A stretch of 45,646 nucleotides of DNA from Callorhinchus milii (taxonomy: Eukaryota), in NCBI RefSeq assembly GCF_018977255.1, contig NW_024705425.1, forward strand, positions 1-45,646, given 5' to 3'. A program made the translations under genes and the position numbers. This document shows, in pieces, positions 31,159 to 45,646 of the stretch. How positions within the stretch are numbered: position 1 is the stretch's first letter; each line of letters starts with the position of its first letter. The notes under the pieces were generated by a model that saw nothing but the letters and a program-made list of their open reading frames with translations, did no database searches and was not told where the DNA came from.

Positions 31159-32100
31159 CACAGTGACGGGTTTCCGTGTGTGTGTGTGTCAGACACCCGG
31201 CCGGTCACGGTGACTGGTTTCCGTGTGTGTCAGACACCCACCCGGCCGGTCACGGTGACGGGTTTCCGTGTCAGACACCCACCCGGTCACGGTGACGGTT
31301 TCCCTGTGTGTCAGACACCCACCCGGCCGGTCACGGTGACGGGTTTCCGTGTGTGTCAGACACCCACCCGGCCGGTCACGGTGACGGGTTTCCGTGTGTG
31401 TCAGACACCCACCCGGCCGGTCACGGTGACGGGTTTCCGTGTGTGTCAGACACCCACCCGCGGTCACGTGACGGGTTTCCCTGTGTGTCAGACACCACCC
31501 GGCCGGTCACGGTGACGGGTTTCCGTGTGTGTCAGACACCCACCCGGCCGGTCACGGTGACGGGTTTCCGTGTGTGTCAGACACCCACCCGGCCGGTCAC
31601 GGTGACGGGTTTCCGTCAGACACCCACCCGGCCGGTCACGGTGACGGGTTTCCGTGTGTGTCAGACACCCACCCGGCCGGTCACGGTGACGGGTTTCCGT
31701 GTGTGTCAGACACCCACCCGGCCGGTCACGGTGACGGGTTTCCGTGTGTGTCAGACACCCACCCGGCCGGTCACGGTGACGGGTTTCCCTGTGTGTCAGA
31801 CACCCACCCGGCCGGTCACGGTGACGGGTTTCCGTGTGTGTGTGTGTCAGACACCCACCCGGCCGGTCACGGTGACGGGTTTCCGTGTGTGTGTGTGTCA
31901 GACACCCACCCGGCCGGTCACGGTGACGGGTTTCCCTGTGTGTGTGTGTCAGACACCCACCCGGCCGGTCACGGTGACGGGTTTCCGTGTGTGTCAGACA
32001 CCCACCCGGCCGGTCACGGTGACGGGTTTCCGTGTGTGTCAGACACCCACCCGGCCGGTCACGGTGACGGGTTTCCGTGTGTGTCAGACACCCACCCGGC
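31159..32100. repeat. ~41 bp CpG-rich minisatellite (GTGTGTCAGACACCCACCCGGCCGGTCACGGTGACGGGTTTCC), >20 units
   Basis: Head-to-tail units differing mainly in (GT)n length. Confidence 0.95.
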
Positions 32101-32175
32101 TGGCCACACACACAAAAAAAATTCACCCAACGGGCATCCACAATCACACGTCACAAAGTGGCTTCAAATAAAGCT

Positions 32176-32181
32176 TTTATT
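32176..32181 (-). terminator. Candidate NAA10 polyadenylation signal AATAAA
   Basis: tttatt on plus, ~570 nt after the NAA10 stop, followed on minus by GT-rich sequence. Confidence 0.55.
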
Positions 32182-32750
32182 ACACACACTATGTTCTAGG
32201 TACTCACCCCAACATTTGTCACTGCATCCAACACAGCCGAGGTCAACCCAACTCAACCCAGCTTCACAAGCGCATATCTCAGTTCCTCTCGAGAAGGGAG
32301 ACGGGGGTGGGGGGTGTGGGGGGAAAGAGAGGTGACTTGGACATGTTTGGCACTCAATAATAATAATAATAATCCTCGCATTCGATACAGCGCCTTACCA
32401 CGTCGTTGAGACAGCGACGACTCACACGGCGTCGGCGTCTCCGCAAACATCCGTGGATTGAGCGATCCATTTTTGGGGGGATTATCAACAACACCGGGCA
32501 GTAATAAAATATTTTGTTTCGCCCACCAAACACACAGTCACTGCACTTTACAGTGTACCCCGTGAGGCGCTTTGAGACGTCTCGACGACGTGATCAGGCG
32601 CCGGGCCAAACGCCAGGGATTATTATTAGTAGTAGTAGTAGTATTAAACCAAGCTACCGGTGCGGAAAGTGGGGGGATGGGGTGGGTGGGATACAGTGAC
32701 GATGCGTGGGGGGCGGGGGTTTGGGGGGGGGGGGGGGGGAGAAGAGGGGC

Positions 32751-40689
<7,939 letters not shown>

Positions 40690-40779
40690 GGCGACGGTTG
40701 GCGTTTGAAACCGTTCGAAAGACAAACGGCCCCAGAACCTTCTTCCCGCCTGACCGTTGCAGCGGCACGCGGGCCGGGA

Positions 40780-41235
40780 GAGGGGGGGGCGGGGCTCGGC
40801 TCCAGCGACTGACGGCGGCCGCGACCAATCGGAGCGAGCGGAAGCCGCGGGTCAGCGCCGCGCCGAACCAATCAGAGCCGCGCAGCGGGCGGGGCCGAGT
40901 GGCTGAGCGCCCGCCGAACAGCGCGCGGGCTGGGGGGCGTGACTGAGCTCGTGACTAACGGGCGCCTTGACCAATCAGAGTGGGTGAGAGGGGCGGGATT
41001 TTTCTCGGCGACGGGCCAATCAGGGTCATCGGGGCTTCAGGGTGGTGCGTCTGACTGATGGGCAGCAGCCGCGGCCAATGGGAGAGCGGGTGGAAGGCGG
41101 GGACTGGCGTCGGGTCGGAGCCAATCGGGCGTGACGGAGGGGAGTGACCGACAGCCGCTCCGACCAATGAGGGGGAGCGGAAGGCGGGATTGTCGGACAC
41201 CTCGGGCCAATCAGGACTGGGGATTGATTGACCAG
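40780..41235 (-). promoter_or_regulatory. NAA10 CpG-island promoter with 8 CCAAT boxes and GC boxes
   Basis: CCAAT at 40825, 40868, 40971, 41016, 41075, 41121, 41164, 41207; several GGGCGG; directly upstream of the ATG. Confidence 0.75.
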
Positions 41236-41344
41236 GGGGGTGATTGCGTAACAGTTGTTCTCCCGCGAAACGCACAGTCACTACACTTCACGGCGTCGCC
41301 CGTGAGGCGCTTTGAGACGTCTCGAGCACGTGACCACGCGTGCG

Positions 41345-41915
41345 AGGGGGAGCCAGTGGGGTCTGGCGAGGGCTGCGGGTGATGGGGTGATGGGTTTAGG
41401 GGGTGAGGGGGAGCCAGTGGGGGCTGGCGAGGGCTGGGGTGATGGGGGGACGGGGTTTAGGGGGTGAGGGGTGGCCAGTGGGGCCTGGCGAGGGCTGCGG
41501 GTGATGGGGTGATGGGGTTTAGGGGGTGAGGGGGAGCCAGTGGGGTCTGGCGAGGGCTGCGGGTGATGGGGGACGGGGTTTAGGGGTGAGGGGGAGCCAG
41601 TGGGGGCTGGCGAGGGCTGGGTGATGGGGGGGACGGGTTTAGGGGGTGAGGGGGAGCCAGTGGGGGCTGGCGAGGGCTGCGGGTGATGGGGGGACGGGGT
41701 TTAGGGGTGAGGGGGAGCAGTGGGGCCGGGCGAGGGCTGGGGTGATGGGGGGACGGGTTTAGGGGGTGAGGGGTGGCCAGTGGGGCCTGGCGAGGGCTGC
41801 GGGTGATGGGGTGAGGGGGTTCAGTGTGTGAGGGGTGGCCAGTGGGGTCTGGCGAGGGCTGGGGTGATGGGGTGAGGGGGTTCAGTGTGTGAGGGGTGGC
41901 CAGTGGCCAGTGGCC
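41345..41915. repeat. ~60 bp G-rich minisatellite between the NAA10 and LWS promoters, ~9 units
   Basis: Unit GGGGAGCCAGTGGGGNCTGGCGAGGGCTG(C)GGGTGATGGGGG..GGGTTTAGGGGGTGA. Confidence 0.9.
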
Positions 41916-41949
41916 AGTGTGAGGATCTTGCAGGAGGGGAATGGGTTAA

Positions 41950-42220
41950 CGGGAGAGATTAACGCTCCAAATCCCGATTATTATGTTGACCCGGGGTGTA
42001 CCTGGTTACCTGAAACGTCCACAAAATCACCCACTCTTAGTGGGGTCGGGTGACGTCAAAGGAGCCGTTAAGTGGCCCGGCCGACACACGGCTGAGGCAG
42101 CGCAATGGCATCCGAATTAAGAGATAAGGTCTTTTGGGAGAGGGTTGATACGAGGGGGAGGTTCGTTAATCAGGGACTGACGGGAGTCGGAGACGGGCGT
42201 TGGGGTCTGTATAAAAGGGG
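41950..42220 (+). promoter_or_regulatory. LWS opsin proximal promoter
   Basis: TATAAAA at 42210-42216, TAATCA at 42167-42172, AATTAAGAGAT at 42115-42125, GAGATTA at 41955-41961; the ATG is at 42335. Confidence 0.75.
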
Positions 42221-42334
42221 AGTCCTCCAGTTGCTGCCCTTGGGATAGACGGAGCGCCAGAGAGTGAACAAGAAAAGGGGGAGAGCGAGAGAACGAGAGA
42301 GAGAGAGAGAGAGAGAGAGAGGAGCGCAGGGACC

Positions 42335-45300
42335 ATGGCAGAGCCGAGGGGATCCGTTGCGTTCGCCGCGAGGCGGTGGAACGACCACGAAGGCACGACC
42401 GTCGGCGAATTCACTTACACCAACAGCAACAGCACGAGGGGTAATCGTTTTACCGTCGTCGTCGCCGCCCTTTAACGACAACAATAGCAACAGTAATCCC
42501 CGGGGTTCGACCCGGCGCCCGATCGCGTCGTCGTGGACCCCTCGAAGCGCTTCACGGGCACAGGCCGTCGGGCGTAGTGACTGTGTGTGTGTTTTGGGGC
42601 CCAAACGCGGCAGCCGATCGCGCCCGGCGACGTCCCCACAAACAGTGGTGGTGGGCGGATTGAGTTATGTTTGTTGGAGGCGTAAATGGGACACTCTCCC
42701 TCTCTCTCCCTGGAGGGACGCCCTCTGCTTACCTAATTCCGGAGAGTATTAGGCGCAGATTGGGCGAGAGCCGAGGCTCGGTGTAGGGGGGGGGTGGGGG
42801 GAGCCCAGAGTGTGGGTTGGGGGGTAACCGCTGGAGTCTAACCAGCGTATATAATAATAATAATAATCCTCACGATTTGACCGAGCGCTCAGTAATCTAA
42901 TTATATAAAGTCCTGAGCTCAGGGGTCAGACCCCCCCCCCCCCACACCCCACAGCCCCTATAGCTCAGGGGTTAGACCCCTCGCCTCACACCCCACAGCC
43001 CTGTAGCTCAGGGGCTTAGACCCCCCCCCTCGCACCCCACAGCCCCTGTAGCTCAGGGGTTAGACCCCCCCCCCGCACCCCACAGCCCCTGTAGCTCAGG
43101 GGTTAGAGCCCTCCCCTCGCACCCCACAGTCCCTGTAGCTCAGGGGTTAGAGCCCTCGCCTCGCAAGCCAGAGGACCCGGGTTCGATTCCCAGGTGGGAC
43201 AGGACAGGGGGAAACCTTAGGCAAGTTTCCTTACTCCCCACCCCCCCCACCACACACACACACACATTTGTGGGGACGTCACTGAGCGCAATCGGCTGCC
43301 GCCTTTGGCCCCCGAAACCCACAGTCCCTACACTTGTCCGCGCGAAGCTCTTCGGGAGACGTCTCGACGACGCGATCAGGCGCCGGGTCAAATATCCGCA
43401 AATAACACTAACAGCAATAATAATAATAATGATAATAATAATAATAATCTCTGCTTTTGACCTCATCGAGATGCCTCAAAGCCCTTCGCGGGGAGAGAGA
43501 GAGAGAGAGAGACGCACGAACAAGTGTAGTGACTGTGTGTTTTTGGTCTTAATTGTTATTTGTTTACCCCTCTTCCCCCCCACCCCGCCCACCACCCTCC
43601 CCACCCCCACCCCCCCCCACCGCAGACCCCTTCGAAGGGCCGAACTACCACATCGCCCCCCGCTGGACCTACAACCTGACCAGCCTGTGGATGGTCGTAG
43701 TGGTCATCCTCTCGGTGTTCACCAACGGCTTGGTTCTGGTGGCCACCTGGAAGTTCAAGAAGCTCCGCCACCCCCTGAACTGGATCCTGGTCAACCTGGC
43801 GATCGCGGACCTCGGGGAGACCCTGTTCGCCAGCACCATCAGCATCTGCAACCAGGTCTTCGGCTACTTCATCCTGGGGCACCCGATGTGCGTGTTCGAG
43901 GGCTTCACCGTCTCGGCCTGCGGTGAGCGAGCAGGAGACTCGTGGCTCTCTCGGTCGCGCTCTCTGTCTCTCGGTGGCTCTCTCTCCGTCGCTCTCTCTG
44001 TCTCTCGGTCACTCTCGGTCGCTCTCTCTGTCTCTCGGTCACTCTCTCTCCATCGTTCTCTCGGTCACTCTCTGTTGCTCTCTCGGTCACTCTCTGTCGC
44101 TCTCTGTCTCTCGGTCACTCTCTCTCCATCGCTCTCTCGGTCACTCTCTGTCGCTCTCTCAGTCACTCTCTGTCGCTCTCTCTGTCTCTCGGTCACTCTC
44201 TGTCTCTCGGTCCCTCTCTCTCTATTACAGTCTCTCTATCTCTCTGTTACAGTCCCTCTCTCTCGATTACAGTCTCTCTCTCCCTCTGTGTGTGTGTGTG
44301 TGTGTGTCACAGGTATCACGGCTCTCTGGTCTCTCACAATCATTGCCTGGGAACGGTGGGTTGTCGTTTGCAAACCTTTCGGGAACGTCAAGTTTGACGG
44401 AAAATGGGCAGCGTTTGGAATAATCTTTTCCTGGGTTTGGTCCATCGGCTGGTGTCTGCCGCCCGTGTTCGGCTGGAGCAGGTCAGTTATTATTATTAAT
44501 AATAATATTAATAGTATTATTAATAATAACAATAATATTAATAATCATGATATAATAATATCATAACAATCCTCTCGTGTGACCCGGCGCCCGATCGCGT
44601 TGTCGAGACGTCTCAAAGCGCTTCACGGGACACGCTGCCGAGTGTAGTGACTGGGTTTTGTGGGGCCAGACGCGGCAGCCGATCGCGCCCGGCGATTGGG
44701 GAGAGTGAGCCTCTGACGATGCTATCAATCGATCAATCGATTAATTAATAATTTGGTCGCTTCAGCCCACGACTGTTTGTGGGGACGTCGCTGAGCGCGA
44801 TCGGCTGCCAACGATCCGCCGTTACTGATTAATTATTGATTATTAACCGTTGATTATCAATGAGCGAATATTAATTCTTGATTAAAAATTGTTGGCAGTT
44901 GATTATTAGAGATTAATTATCGGTTATCGGTGATGGAGTATTGATTGTTAATCAGTGACCATTAATTGTTGGTTATTGATTATTGATTAATTATTGGTTA
45001 TTGCTGGCTCTGATCTCCCCACATCAGGTATTGGCCACATGGGCTGAAGACGTCCTGTGGCCCTGACGTGTTCAGTGGCAGCTCTGACCCCGGTGTCAAG
45101 TCGTACATGGTGACCCTCGTCATCACCTGCGCAGCTCTGCCCCTGACCATCATCATCGTCTGCTACCTCCAAGTCTGGCTCGCTATCAGGGCGGTAAGGC
45201 CCTCTCTCTCTCTCTCTGTCTCTCCCTCGCTCTCTGTCTCTCTCTCGCTCTCCCGCTCTCTCTCTGTCTCTCCCCCTCTCTCCCTCCCTCTCTCTCTTGC

Positions 45301-45646
45301 TTGCTCTCCCCCTCTCTCTCTGTCTTTCTCTCTCCCTCCCTCTCTCTCTCTCTCTGTCTCTCTCTCTTTCTCGTGGTTTGCGAGGCGAGGGGTCTAACCC
45401 CTGAGCTACTGGGGACCGTGGCTTGCGAGGCGAGGGTGGTCTGAACCCCCTGAGCTACAGGGTACACCCCACACGTAATCCTTGGCAGCCTTTGACCCCT
45501 TCTCGGTCCTCTCCACAGGTGGCAATGCAGCAGAAGGAGTCGGAATCCACCCAAAAGGCGGAGAAGGAAGTGTCGCGAATGGTGGTCGTAATGATCATTG
45601 CTTTCTGCTTCTGTTGGGGACCGTACACCTCGTTTGCCGTCTTCTC
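42335..45646 (+). CDS. OPN1LW: Long-wave-sensitive (red/green) cone opsin, exons 1-5, truncated by the window end
   Basis: Exons 42335-42440 ([35 protein letters not shown]), 43626-43922 (297 nt, [14 protein letters not shown]...[15 protein letters not shown]...), 44313-44481 (169 nt, ...[17 protein letters not shown]...), 45028-45193 (166 nt, [17 protein letters not shown]...), 45519-end ([37 protein letters not shown]). The motifs and exon sizes are those of the vertebrate LWS class. Confidence 0.97.
42911..43445 (+). mobile_element. SINE preceded by ~5-6 tandem head units, in LWS intron 1
   Basis: Same 44-bp unit, followed by a B box and SINE body. Confidence 0.8.

Noticed and set aside
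31111..32335. Repetitive ORFs (CQTPTRPVTVTGFRV etc.) and a CRISPR-like look
   Set aside because: Head-to-tail minisatellite with no unique spacers, no cas genes, and a vertebrate context.
41345..41915. CTCF sites in the G-rich minisatellite
   Set aside because: GCCAGTGGGGGC mismatches core consensus positions; not supportable without a PWM scan.

Overview
Eukaryotic (vertebrate) genomic DNA, most likely a cartilaginous fish and plausibly a chimaera, judged from its DeuSINE/CR1/L2 repeats and the LWS opsin sequence. Four spliced genes can be reconstructed from GT-AG splice sites. (1) An ARHGAP4/SRGAP-family F-BAR RhoGAP: exons 2-5 on the minus strand, present twice, with the next exon lying inverted on the plus strand at 50-133. 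(2) A complete NUDT16 Nudix decapping gene (minus), plus an exon-1-less duplicate of exons 2-3. (3) NAA10 (8 exons, minus; exon 6 is 1 nt short). (4) Head-to-head with NAA10, a long-wave-sensitive cone opsin (exons 1-5, running off the window end; tuning sites S180/H197/F277/T285). Two near-identical multi-kb duplications abut a 25-N gap and look like assembly artefacts. The rest is tRNA-derived SINEs, CR1/L2 fragments and several minisatellites, one built from the SINE tRNA head. I found no demonstrably new protein system. The best leads are regulatory or structural: a CRX-motif cluster (candidate opsin LCR) inside NAA10 intron 1, SINE-head VNTR arrays, and TALE/NF-Y composite promoter arrays. 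Long ORFs over the minisatellites are not genes. No database searches were run; family assignments rest on recognised motifs.
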